From Candidatus Falkowbacteria bacterium GW2011_GWF2_43_32 (lineage in GTDB: Bacteria > Patescibacteriota > Patescibacteriia > Patescibacteriales > UBA12465), in contig LCGL01000001.1 of NCBI GenBank assembly GCA_000999715.1, forward strand, positions 131,139 to 195,138: a stretch of DNA of 64,000 bases, read 5' to 3'. Positions 17,261 to 25,547 of this stretch are shown in pieces. The notes beneath the pieces were generated by a model. The model had not been told where the DNA came from and made no database searches. It saw nothing but the letters and a program-made list of their open reading frames with translations. Within the stretch, counting starts at the first letter, position 1; each line of letters opens with the position of its first letter. The position numbers were made by a program, and so were the translations under genes.

Positions 17261-19339
17261 TCATTGACAGCAAGCAAACCGAATAGAATTATTGCATTGC
17301 ATCAACAAGCCGCGCCCCTCCGGAAAACCGGTCGCCGGTTTCTGCCAATAAGTACCGTAAGCGGCCGAGGTATTATTCGTCCGCGCATTACAATCGTTGG
17401 CTAAAGCCGTATAGGCGGGAGGACCGTTAAAAACCCAGGCGTCTTCCGAGGGCGGACTGCCGCCGTCTTTAATCGTATTCAAAATTTCAAAAGTGGCGCA
17501 GACATGAGAACCGGCATATTCACCGGCGCACTCCGCATGAGCGTAAGCGTAACCGGCCGTACCGCTGTTATCGCCGTTATAAATACCGGTTGTTACGCCG
17601 ACAAGAACCGCCGTCGTGGAAGAACCGGAAAGAATAAAAGTGGAGTCCACATATCCCTTGGTAACCACATCCGTATCGGCGGTCGGAGCGGCCACGTTAC
17701 CGATTTTATAAGACATCTCCGTGGAAGTGCCGGCCAAAATCGCATAGCCGCTGACAGGCGCCACCTCCAAGGGAGCGGCCGGAGCGGTGGTGCCGATGCC
17801 CACATAACCGCTTTTCAAAATCGCAAATTTACTCGTTGAGGCAACCTGTAAATCAAGCAATTTAGAAGTGGAGGTGGAATTGGTATCGGTAATATTCATC
17901 AACCAAGCGGTAAATTCCGTGTTGGCCTCATTCCAGGTTTGGCTGGTGTTCAAAATCGGCGCATTAGTGGTCATCGTTGCGCCGCCGCTGATAATATCTC
18001 CGAATTTGGTCACCCGGAAACGAGTAATACCGCCGACTTGAAAATTCAATAAATCGCCAACAAAATTCGCGGGAGGATTAGCGCCGATAAAGGTGCCGGA
18101 ACTGTCCTGACCGGTCAAATCATTGGGACCGATCTGAAAAAAAGTTTTGGAAGTCGGCGGCAAACCGGTGTTGGTGCTGAAATTTGTTTTTAAAGAGTCA
18201 CCGATTTTTAATTGCAAAGTGCCGGCGTCATATTCAATGGAACGCTGTAAATCCGTGTCGGTCGGATTGTCCGGATCGTAAAAAGTGATACCGGGCGAAG
18301 AAGCGGCCACCAGTAAAGGAGCGGAAAAAACAAAATTACCGTTAGTGCCGAGAGTCGGATCGAAAGAAATACTTTCCCAGCCGTCGGTAGTGCGGCCCAA
18401 TTGAATCTTGCCCGTGGAAGTGGCGCCCAGCGGATTTTCAACGAACGAAGCCGCCCCCGAAGCATCTAAATCCACCAAAACATTGCCGACCACGCTTAAC
18501 TTCTCTGCCGGAGTAGAGGTGCCGATGCCGACATTACCACTAGTCGGTAAAACCATTAATTGAACAGAATTGTTTTCTCTCACAGAAAAATTCTTACCAG
18601 TAGGTCTATTAAGTATCAGTTGTTGGTCGTTTATACCACTAAGAATATTCATATTACCAAGAGTTTTCGTCAATCCATTCAAAGATATTCCCATATAACC
18701 ATTGCTTGGTTGCCCCACCTCAAATTCGCCACGAGTTGCATAAGTATCATCTTGAACATGAAGTTTTGATTGAGGTAATAGAAGCCCTATCCCCACCTTC
18801 CAATCATTGGAATCGGCATAAAGATTGGAACCGCTCAAACTCCAATAACCAACGGTTTCTCCCGAGCCGCCGGCGATTAATGTTTTAACCAATCCATAAT
18901 TGGCCAGGGCATAATCATCGGTAGAGAGATAAGAAGCGGTGTAATTATGACCGGTGCCAACGGATCCCAACGGCGCGGCTGTGCCGGAATCGGTAATGGA
19001 AAAAATATCGTTCGGCGCGGTGGTGCCGACGCCGAAATCGCCGGAAGCAAACAAATCAACCGCCTGAATTGTGCCGTTGACTTCCAAACCGCTGGCCGGA
19101 GCGCTGGTGGCGATACCGAGCGGCCCGTTCATGGAAACCGGCAGCCAAGTGTTAACGAAATCCGTAAACAAATCATTCCATTCCGAAGAAGTTAAAGTAC
19201 CATTATATTCTTTTTCATAAGTGGAGGTGGAACTGGCGGCCCGAGCTCCCTGTAAAGAAAAAATAAATAAAAAACTTCCGCCTAACAACAAAAAAGCGGC
19301 TAATTTAATCGTTAATTTTCGTCCGAAAAATAAGGACAT
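17261..19339 (-). CDS. Secreted tail-fibre-like fibre protein (692 aa) with the same 6-Cys C-terminal domain
   Basis: It has a signal/anchor segment, 4-5 GIGTT-type units and one copy of the NDIFSITDSG..GHNYTASYLSTDDYAL cassette. The last 106 aa (17261-17581) are homologous to the C-terminus of 14365-17199: GSHVC, NGPPAYTALANDC, FACCQ. Confidence 0.85.
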   Translation of the reverse strand: MSLFFGRKLTIKLAAFLLLGGSFLFIFSLQGARAASSTSTYEKEYNGTLTSSEWNDLFTDFVNTWLPVSMNGPLGIATSAPASGLEVNGTIQAVDLFASGDFGVGTTAPNDIFSITDSGTAAPLGSVGTGHNYTASYLSTDDYALANYGLVKTLIAGGSGETVGYWSLSGSNLYADSNDWKVGIGLLLPQSKLHVQDDTYATRGEFEVGQPSNGYMGISLNGLTKTLGNMNILSGINDQQLILNRPTGKNFSVRENNSVQLMVLPTSGNVGIGTSTPAEKLSVVGNVLVDLDASGAASFVENPLGATSTGKIQLGRTTDGWESISFDPTLGTNGNFVFSAPLLVAASSPGITFYDPDNPTDTDLQRSIEYDAGTLQLKIGDSLKTNFSTNTGLPPTSKTFFQIGPNDLTGQDSSGTFIGANPPANFVGDLLNFQVGGITRFRVTKFGDIISGGATMTTNAPILNTSQTWNEANTEFTAWLMNITDTNSTSTSKLLDLQVASTSKFAILKSGYVGIGTTAPAAPLEVAPVSGYAILAGTSTEMSYKIGNVAAPTADTDVVTKGYVDSTFILSGSSTTAVLVGVTTGIYNGDNSGTAGYAYAHAECAGEYAGSHVCATFEILNTIKDGGSPPSEDAWVFNGPPAYTALANDCNARTNNTSAAYGTYWQKPATGFPEGRGLLMQCNNSIRFACCQ

Positions 19340-19433
19340 TAAAAAAATTTTCTCTCACTAAACTTACCTGAATTATAACATCTTTTCGTAAACTTGCCAA
19401 CAAAAATATTTCTCTGCTTCCCGTTTTCCACCC

Positions 19434-19814
19434 TTACATCCTGATTTCCACACTGCGCTGAGTATTTTGGAAACTGCCGACGGCTTTAAAGGTCAAAGGC
19501 GGCCAATCAATAAAATAAACATCGTAAGCGGCGGCCGAGGAAAATATTCCCTCATCCTCAAAAATCGGTACTTCCTCGTCGGGGGTGGTATAAACATAAC
19601 TGTTCTGCCGCATTTCCCACAGCAAGCGTTCCGCACCGGCTTCGGCCGCGAAATAAGCCTTGGTGGACTGCGCCTGCACGCCGCCGGATTTGATGCTGAT
19701 CAAAGCGACATAAGCGCCGCCCAAAGCCGACACCAACATGCCGGCCATGATAAACATGGTCAAAAGCAAGGCACTGCCCGGTTGATTATTTTTTTTCAAT
19801 AAAGCTTTCATCAT
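19434..19814 (-). CDS. PilX-N-like pilus-associated protein
   Basis: The protein is 126 aa. Its N-terminus KKNNQPGSALLLTMFIMAGMLVSALGG follows the G-S-A-L plus hydrophobic helix pattern of PilX N-terminal domains. It is the last gene of the minor-pilin block. Confidence 0.5.
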   Translation of the reverse strand: MMKALLKKNNQPGSALLLTMFIMAGMLVSALGGAYVALISIKSGGVQAQSTKAYFAAEAGAERLLWEMRQNSYVYTTPDEEVPIFEDEGIFSSAAAYDVYFIDWPPLTFKAVGSFQNTQRSVEIRM

Positions 19815-19889
19815 AGGCGTGATATCCGAATAATCGTTGTAATATTAGGCTATAAATTGTTCCCACAACCGAACCGCCGGATTAAAAAT

Positions 19890-20477
19890 TTATTTATAAT
19901 AACGCGAGGCGACGCTGGTTTGGAGAGTCATTTCGGATTGAAATTGTCGCTCGTTCAAAGCATGCGCCCGCAGATTGACGGTAAGCAAAGCTTGCGTGGA
20001 AGTGCTCGCATTCAAAACAAAATCCAAGTCATCAATCCAAATTTTGGCGGGCGAAATAAAACCCGTTTCGGAATTTCGACTGACCTGAAAACGCTGACTG
20101 TCGCCGTCGGACACCAAAGAATAGGTGACGCATTGATTATAATAATTTTTGAAAATCAAGGTATCGCTACTCCCCGTTTCGGAAACGATGAAAATTTCGT
20201 CATCCGGTATGCCCGGACAAACAGCCTCGTTCTTCTGCGCCATCCGCATTTCTTTGTTGATTACTTCCAAAAAATATTTCAAACTTTCTTGGACATTTTG
20301 TGTGGCGATGGCACTCCGCTGTCCGTCAATCACCAATTTAAAAATGCCGGTCGCCGACAAAATAATGACGGAAAATAAGGCGACGGAGATTATCACCTCC
20401 ATCAAAGAAAAACCGGCCGCCATTTGCGACGATGCCGAACGATCGATTTTTTGTAAATTTTTCCTAGCGCCAATCAT
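19890..20477 (-). CDS. Minor (pseudo)pilin with a prepilin N-terminal cleavage/methylation motif
   Basis: The ORF track gives 19890-20534. The motif AAG|FSLMEVIISVALFSVIILSATG (G/F-x-x-x-E plus a hydrophobic helix) fits a start at MIGARKNLQKIDRSASSQMAAG, which is ATG 20477. Confidence 0.7.
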   Translation of the reverse strand: MIGARKNLQKIDRSASSQMAAGFSLMEVIISVALFSVIILSATGIFKLVIDGQRSAIATQNVQESLKYFLEVINKEMRMAQKNEAVCPGIPDDEIFIVSETGSSDTLIFKNYYNQCVTYSLVSDGDSQRFQVSRNSETGFISPAKIWIDDLDFVLNASTSTQALLTVNLRAHALNERQFQSEMTLQTSVASRYYK

Positions 20478-20985
20478 ATAAAATAGTTTCCAGGACATAA
20501 GAATAATCATTGTCACGGCTGTTCCAAGACACATCGGATAAAACGCGGAAAGAATTCACGTCCAAATCTTCAATCGTAATCAAGCGCGTAAAACCGCTGG
20601 AAGTGGCCGCCTCGCTCAAGCCGTGCCGATAAAATCCGTCGTCATCCCGCCGCAAAAGCGGACTGGCGGAAGAAGAGGTCGCTTGCGGCGCTTCATCCAA
20701 ATAATCCATATAATAATATCCGGCCGCCAAATCGGTATTGAAAGGATCGCTCGTTCGCCAATTGGAATCGCGCACTTTTCTCACCAATTCTATTCCCTCT
20801 TGCGCCAACTGATAAGCGATCAGATTATCTTTGTTATAGCTTTGACTTTGAATATTTCTGATAACCAGCGACAAAACGCCGACCAAGCCCATGGAAATGA
20901 CAAACAACACCACGATGATTTCCAGCAAGGTGAATCCGGCCCGGTGCCGGCGATGCGCTTGTTTTTTATCGATCTTCGCAAACAT
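20464..20985 (-). CDS. Minor (pseudo)pilin with a prepilin N-terminal cleavage/methylation motif
   Basis: The protein is 173 aa and starts MFAKIDKKQAHRRHRAG|FTLLEIIVVLFVISMGLVGVLS. Confidence 0.75.
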   Translation of the reverse strand: MFAKIDKKQAHRRHRAGFTLLEIIVVLFVISMGLVGVLSLVIRNIQSQSYNKDNLIAYQLAQEGIELVRKVRDSNWRTSDPFNTDLAAGYYYMDYLDEAPQATSSSASPLLRRDDDGFYRHGLSEAATSSGFTRLITIEDLDVNSFRVLSDVSWNSRDNDYSYVLETILYDWR

Positions 20986-21082
20986 GAAAATTATTATTAA
21001 TGACTTTAATTCTGTCGGCCGCTTTAATTAATCATTCCCCTCCCGACCGTTCTAATATGCCTCTTCTCTCCCGGTCGCCGCT

Positions 21083-21700
21083 TTAATCCGTCACTTCCAC
21101 CAAACCCAAAAAATTAACCCGCACCGTTTTTACGAACTCGGTGCGCTCTTCTTTCAAAGTAATATCCAAAGTTGAGGACGTCGCCGCACCGTCATAAATA
21201 TTGGTCTGCGGATCGGGCGGAAAAAAAATGACATTGACGCTGTTATTGAGTTGAGAACCGTCGGTTTCCAGGGCATAAATTTCTATGCCGTCCGGCAAAC
21301 GCGTGGTACGCGCGCCGTAATTTATCACCCCTTCTTCCGTTTCGTCATAATCCATATAACCGACCGTTCCGGTGGCGTTCAAATCGGCAAACAGAGTGTA
21401 AGCGTTTTCATTGATATCCAAATGAATGCCCCAGCCGCTGGCCGGCACCGTCTCGTTATATTTAACCAAACCGAGCGTATTATTCTGCGCCAAATGCAAG
21501 TCCGCCACCAAATTCTGCGCGGTCATAATCAAATCCGTCCGCTTGTTGGCGGAACGATAATCAACGATGAACAAAACCGTAATCAGCATAATCATGGACA
21601 TGCTCACCACCATTTCCAATAGAGTAAAGCCGGACTCAAACCGTCCGCAAGGCGAGATTTTCAAGCACCGGGTTTTGAATTGTAAGATTTTTTTAATCAT
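21083..21700 (-). CDS. Minor (pseudo)pilin, GspH/FimT-like
   Basis: The track ORF 21083-21979 overlaps the upstream gene. The internal start MIKKILQFKTRCLKISPCGRFESG|FTLLEMVVSMSMIMLITVLF at 21700 gives a canonical prepilin leader and leaves a 28-nt gap after the 21729 stop. Confidence 0.7.
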   Translation of the reverse strand: MIKKILQFKTRCLKISPCGRFESGFTLLEMVVSMSMIMLITVLFIVDYRSANKRTDLIMTAQNLVADLHLAQNNTLGLVKYNETVPASGWGIHLDINENAYTLFADLNATGTVGYMDYDETEEGVINYGARTTRLPDGIEIYALETDGSQLNNSVNVIFFPPDPQTNIYDGAATSSTLDITLKEERTEFVKTVRVNFLGLVEVTD

Positions 21701-21728
21701 CTTGTTTCCGTTTATTCCGCTCAACCGA

Positions 21729-23198
21729 TTATTCCGCTTTGATTTCCCGCCACAAAGGCAAATCATAATTGATATTGACGGTCGTGGAAGTACTGCAGAC
21801 ATATGAATCGGGATCGGTGGTACTGAGGTTGACGACCGTACCGGTCGCCTGGAAGAAAATAATGAAAGTGGTCGGCGCGGTATCGTCGCTGATGGTGGCT
21901 GACACATCGTCCGTCGTCCACAAATAACTGCAAGTGCTGGTGGAACAACCCAAAGGTACTGCCGGCGCGGCGCTGTCATAATAATAGGAATCGCTGGTAA
22001 ATTCGGTCGTCGTGCCGACTAAAACTTCATAAGGCTCCCAGGTGAAATAGGGTGTGGGAAATTCATGGGCATAGGTCGTAAAAGTTCTGATGTCGCTGTC
22101 CGGATTGCCGTCGGTGGCTTCGTCTCCACTGCCCAAATGTCCGTCGTCCACGCCATATTGATACCATTCGGTCGCCTCGCCTTCCGAATCGAACAACCTT
22201 ATCCACCAATAATAATGCGTATTATAATCCAAGGCCGGACAACCGGGGTCGGTATTGGGAATAATATATTGCGAGGCGACCGACGGAGTTTTAATGCCGC
22301 TCCAACAAATATAATCGCTAGTGGAAGTAGAAAAACTGTTGGTGTCGTTCACCACGATTTCATAACCGTTTTGCGTGCCGCTTTTCAAATACCACTTCAA
22401 AACCGCCTTGCGGGCTTCGTCATTGCAGGCGTTGGAATAACTCCAATTCGGCGCGGACAAATGTCCGACCTGCAAATTGCTGATATAAACTTTATAATCC
22501 CTGGTCGCGCAATTGCCGGCACCGCCGCCTTCGCTCTCGCAATTAAAACTGATGTCCCCCAAAGTGCTGGTGGCGTAACCGACAAAATCTCCGGGCTCAA
22601 CGTCATGTCCCGGCAAAACCGAATCATCCAAATAATCCCAGGATTGCAGAGCTACCGGAGTGGCCGTGGCATTGTCCAAGCGAATCCAATCGCCCGAGGA
22701 AGCCGTTCGCGCCCAACCATGAATCAATTGCGTGCTTTCGTTATAGCAGGCCCAACAATTATTGCCGGCATTGCAAGTATTGGGACAATTGACATTGAAA
22801 GCGTAATTGTCCGGCGGATCGTCGGCATCCGGCGTTGTCGTCGCTTCCAAAGAAATCAAGCCTTGCGAATAATTCCAGGCTGTGCCGGAAAAATTGCCGT
22901 CATTATCGATGGAAACATGATGCACCAAGTTAGTGCAAGGCGTCGCATAAAAATGAAAACCGCGCGGCTCCGGATAGGCATAAAGATTTTCCGCCACATC
23001 CAATTGATCGCTGACCAAATCGTCCAGACAATCAAAATAAATATAACGATACTCGTCACTCCACCAGGCGGCTCCCCGCACCGTGGAGGTGGCCGCTTGC
23101 GCCACGGAAACCGACCGAATTATCAAAAAACCGGCAACAACAAAAATTGCCCAAAAAATTTTCCGACGGTTGCTGATTTTTCGGCTAACGCTCAACAT
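21729..23198 (-). CDS. Cys-rich secreted protein encoded at the head of the minor-pilin block (candidate pilus tip/adhesin component)
   Basis: The protein is 489 aa with N-terminal anchor IFWAIFVVAGFLIIRSV and many Cys and Trp residues. It has FN3/PKD-like segments such as YEIVVNDTNSF..HYYWWIRLFDSEGEATEWYQY. Any functional role is inferred from position only. Confidence 0.6.
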   Translation of the reverse strand: MLSVSRKISNRRKIFWAIFVVAGFLIIRSVSVAQAATSTVRGAAWWSDEYRYIYFDCLDDLVSDQLDVAENLYAYPEPRGFHFYATPCTNLVHHVSIDNDGNFSGTAWNYSQGLISLEATTTPDADDPPDNYAFNVNCPNTCNAGNNCWACYNESTQLIHGWARTASSGDWIRLDNATATPVALQSWDYLDDSVLPGHDVEPGDFVGYATSTLGDISFNCESEGGGAGNCATRDYKVYISNLQVGHLSAPNWSYSNACNDEARKAVLKWYLKSGTQNGYEIVVNDTNSFSTSTSDYICWSGIKTPSVASQYIIPNTDPGCPALDYNTHYYWWIRLFDSEGEATEWYQYGVDDGHLGSGDEATDGNPDSDIRTFTTYAHEFPTPYFTWEPYEVLVGTTTEFTSDSYYYDSAAPAVPLGCSTSTCSYLWTTDDVSATISDDTAPTTFIIFFQATGTVVNLSTTDPDSYVCSTSTTVNINYDLPLWREIKAE

Positions 23199-23309
23199 AT
23201 CAATTATTGAAATTATAACATTTTTCCCGGATTTTAGGAATAAATTTTTACTTAAAACAAATAACTGTTATGATAATAATGTCGGGACTAAATTATTTTT
23301 TTCCGAGAC

Positions 23310-23819
23310 TCATAAAAATCCCTCGTTTGAGGGGTTTTTGTTATAAAAATTAGCTAAAAACTTCTTCCCCAATTTAATCATTTCTTCCCGTTTTTTATTT
23401 GTTTCATCGGTATAACCGAGCAAATGCAATAAGCCGTGCACCAATAAAAAATAGAAAACCTCGTCGGGGCGGATTAATTTTTTATCCGCGCCCTCTTTCT
23501 TTTCCCCGATAATTTCCCGATATTTTTCCACTTTTTTGGTTTCGGAAATATTGATGATGACTTCCCCCAAATAAGGGCCGGAACCGAAGACCGGTCGTCC
23601 GGCGCCGCGCGGTATTTTCCCGGCCGGAAATGACAAAACATCGGTCGTTTTATCCGACTGCCGATAGGTTTTATTCAAATTTTTCATTCTCGCCGGTCCG
23701 ACAATCGCCACCGAAACTTCATATCCGCTTTTCCGATAGGCGCGCAAAAACCGCTCCGCGACGGTCGTGATTTTTTGCGCCTTGATTTTTTGTTTGGTCG
23801 TATTGTTGATTTCGATCAT
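23310..23819 (-). CDS. ybeY: Endoribonuclease YbeY (rRNA maturation factor)
   Basis: The protein is 169 aa. It carries the family motif LLVHGLLHLLGYTDE, where the usual form is H-G-x-L-H-L-x-G-Y-D-H, and the N-terminal region is typical of YbeY. Confidence 0.8.
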   Translation of the reverse strand: MIEINNTTKQKIKAQKITTVAERFLRAYRKSGYEVSVAIVGPARMKNLNKTYRQSDKTTDVLSFPAGKIPRGAGRPVFGSGPYLGEVIINISETKKVEKYREIIGEKKEGADKKLIRPDEVFYFLLVHGLLHLLGYTDETNKKREEMIKLGKKFLANFYNKNPSNEGFL

Positions 23820-23868
23820 AAATTTCGGTCATCTGCCGACAAATCCCTCTCGGACGACTTGTTATTTG

Positions 23869-24909
23869 TTAAAACAGTCTTCTTAATTTTCTCAAACAAC
23901 CGTAAAGCAGATACCAACCCGGCTGGTAAATAAGGTCGAAAGTCCCGGGATATTCCGCCGTTCGCCCGCCGAAACCAAGTTTAAAACGCGTCACGCCCGG
24001 CCATTTCTCGGCGTCAAGACCGTAAAAATCATAATAAAGATAAGCCTCTTTCCGAGCGAGTTTTATCACCGACCATTGCAGGAGATAAGGCGCCATCACC
24101 TCGCGAAATTCATTGTCGGAAGCGCCATGCAAATAAGTAACTTTGTCGCCCCAAAAACAAAACAAGCCGGCGGCGATATTTTTACCGCGATAACGAGCCA
24201 AAAATAATTTGACCAAGGCGGTATCGTTCAATAAATTACGATAGTGCTCCGGTTGGTGCAAGCGAAAACCGTCCCGAGCGCCGGTTTTTTTCATCAACCG
24301 CCAAAATTCCGAAAAATCTTCCGCTCGACCGACGATTATTTCTACGCCCTTTTTCTCGGCCAAACGAATATTATACCGGGTTTTTTGGCGCATGGCGGCC
24401 AACAATTCCTCTTCGCTCGCTTTTAAATCCAGCAATAAAGTCTTTTTGGGTTGCAAATCCCGGGTTTTTTTAAGCGACCAGCCAATCTTTTCCGGTTCCT
24501 TGGTCGGTTCCTTGGCCGGTTCCAGTCGCCAGAATACCGGCCGGCCGTTCCCATCTTGGTTCTTCGCCGCTTCAATCCAACCCGTGCCGATATTTTTCAT
24601 CAAAAATCGAATCGCCGCCGCATCGCCGAGCGGACCGCGCGGCGAATACCAGTAAAAGCGACGACGGCCGATAATGCGTAGGGATTTTTTAATCAGGGTC
24701 GCAACCGCCAAAAGTTTAGGTGCCGTTTTTTTGCCGCTCTCTTCCGCCAGCACTCCGACTCTGACAATTTCCTTCCCCTCCGACCGTTCCAATTCTCCCC
24801 ATTCCCAAGATTGCAAAAACTCCGCTCCCCGGTTTCCCGAAGCGGTTCTAATAAAATCATTCCACAATTTCTTGTCCGAACAATAAATCAATTTCATATA
24901 CAGCCTCAT
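23869..24909 (-). CDS. FemAB-family peptidoglycan interpeptide-bridge aminoacyltransferase (FemX-like)
   Basis: The protein is 346 aa. RQKTRYNIRLAEKKGVEI and the overall length and pattern are typical of the FemAB family. The start may be the ATG at 24897, because a TATAAT box overlaps 24913-24908. Confidence 0.65.
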   Translation of the reverse strand: MRLYMKLIYCSDKKLWNDFIRTASGNRGAEFLQSWEWGELERSEGKEIVRVGVLAEESGKKTAPKLLAVATLIKKSLRIIGRRRFYWYSPRGPLGDAAAIRFLMKNIGTGWIEAAKNQDGNGRPVFWRLEPAKEPTKEPEKIGWSLKKTRDLQPKKTLLLDLKASEEELLAAMRQKTRYNIRLAEKKGVEIIVGRAEDFSEFWRLMKKTGARDGFRLHQPEHYRNLLNDTALVKLFLARYRGKNIAAGLFCFWGDKVTYLHGASDNEFREVMAPYLLQWSVIKLARKEAYLYYDFYGLDAEKWPGVTRFKLGFGGRTAEYPGTFDLIYQPGWYLLYGCLRKLRRLF

Positions 24910-24917
24910 TATATCAT

Positions 24918-24953
24918 AAAACCAAAAAGGAGTCCGCCGTCGCGAACCCCTTT
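24918..24953 (-). terminator. Terminator after the major pilin gene
   Basis: The minus strand reads GGGGTTCG-CGACGG-CGGACTCC, an 8-bp stem that includes 2 G-U pairs, followed by TTTTTGGTTTT. Confidence 0.4.
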
Positions 24954-25009
24954 AAAAATTTCTTCTTGAGAATTAAAATCATCAACCCCGAGAAACCGTT
25001 TGCCGGGAC

Positions 25010-25453
25010 TTAGTAAATACCGGCCGGAGTGGCATACCGCATCTCATTTCCGGTAACTTCATTGATGGTCGCCCCCAGGCAGAACTCAATGGAGTAAGAA
25101 GAGTCGGCCCCACTATCACCGGTCTTGGCATAAGTATACTCATCGGCATCATCTTCACAGGAATCTCCGTCAGTCGGAAGCGGCGGAACGGGAATAGCGC
25201 GCAAATAAGTGCCGTTATCGCTGGATAAAGTGGCTCCGGCGGTCACGGACGCGAATTCCGGATAATCGCCGACATCGTTATAATACATTTCCAGCGCGGT
25301 CTGGATTTGCTTCACATCGGCAATACGTTTGGCGTCGCGCGCTCTGGCCCGCGCCGAATTCAAAGCCAGGACGGACAGGGTTGATAGCAAGCCGATAATG
25401 GCAATGACCACCAACAATTCAATCAGGGTAAAACCCTTTTTATTTTTGTTCAT
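25010..25453 (-). CDS. Major type IV pilin
   Basis: The protein is 147 aa and starts MNKNKKG|FTLIELLVVIAIIGLLSTLSVLALNSARARARDAKRIADVKQIQTALEMYY, a textbook class III signal followed by the pilin alpha1 helix. It has its own promoter and terminator. Confidence 0.9.
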   Translation of the reverse strand: MNKNKKGFTLIELLVVIAIIGLLSTLSVLALNSARARARDAKRIADVKQIQTALEMYYNDVGDYPEFASVTAGATLSSDNGTYLRAIPVPPLPTDGDSCEDDADEYTYAKTGDSGADSSYSIEFCLGATINEVTGNEMRYATPAGIY

Positions 25454-25503
25454 AAACTGCGAGTTTAAATAAAATAAATTTTATGTAAATATGACTTAAT
25501 CAT

Positions 25504-25532
25504 ATTATAACATTAACGTAAAAAAGGCGCAA
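25504..25532 (-). promoter_or_regulatory. Candidate sigma70 promoter of the pilin gene (TTGCGC-17-TATAAT)
   Basis: On the minus strand TTGCGC is at 25532-25527 and TATAAT at 25509-25504, with a 17-nt spacer. Confidence 0.45.
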
Positions 25533-25547
25533 TACTTTTTGGGAGTT

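Noticed and set aside
14365-17581. A diversity-generating retroelement (DGR) targeting the C-terminal lectin-like domains.
   Set aside because: No reverse transcriptase gene is present. I found no template-repeat/variable-repeat pair: the two C-terminal regions are diverged throughout rather than differing only at adenine positions, and no third near-copy was seen nearby.
176-19339. A prophage or tailocin as the explanation for the tail-fibre-like genes.
   Set aside because: I recognise no capsid, portal, terminase, tail tube/sheath, baseplate, lysis or integrase genes anywhere in the 64 kb. The fibres have Sec-type signal peptides or anchors and are contiguous with pilus genes. A phage origin of the domains remains likely, but the locus itself does not look like a prophage.
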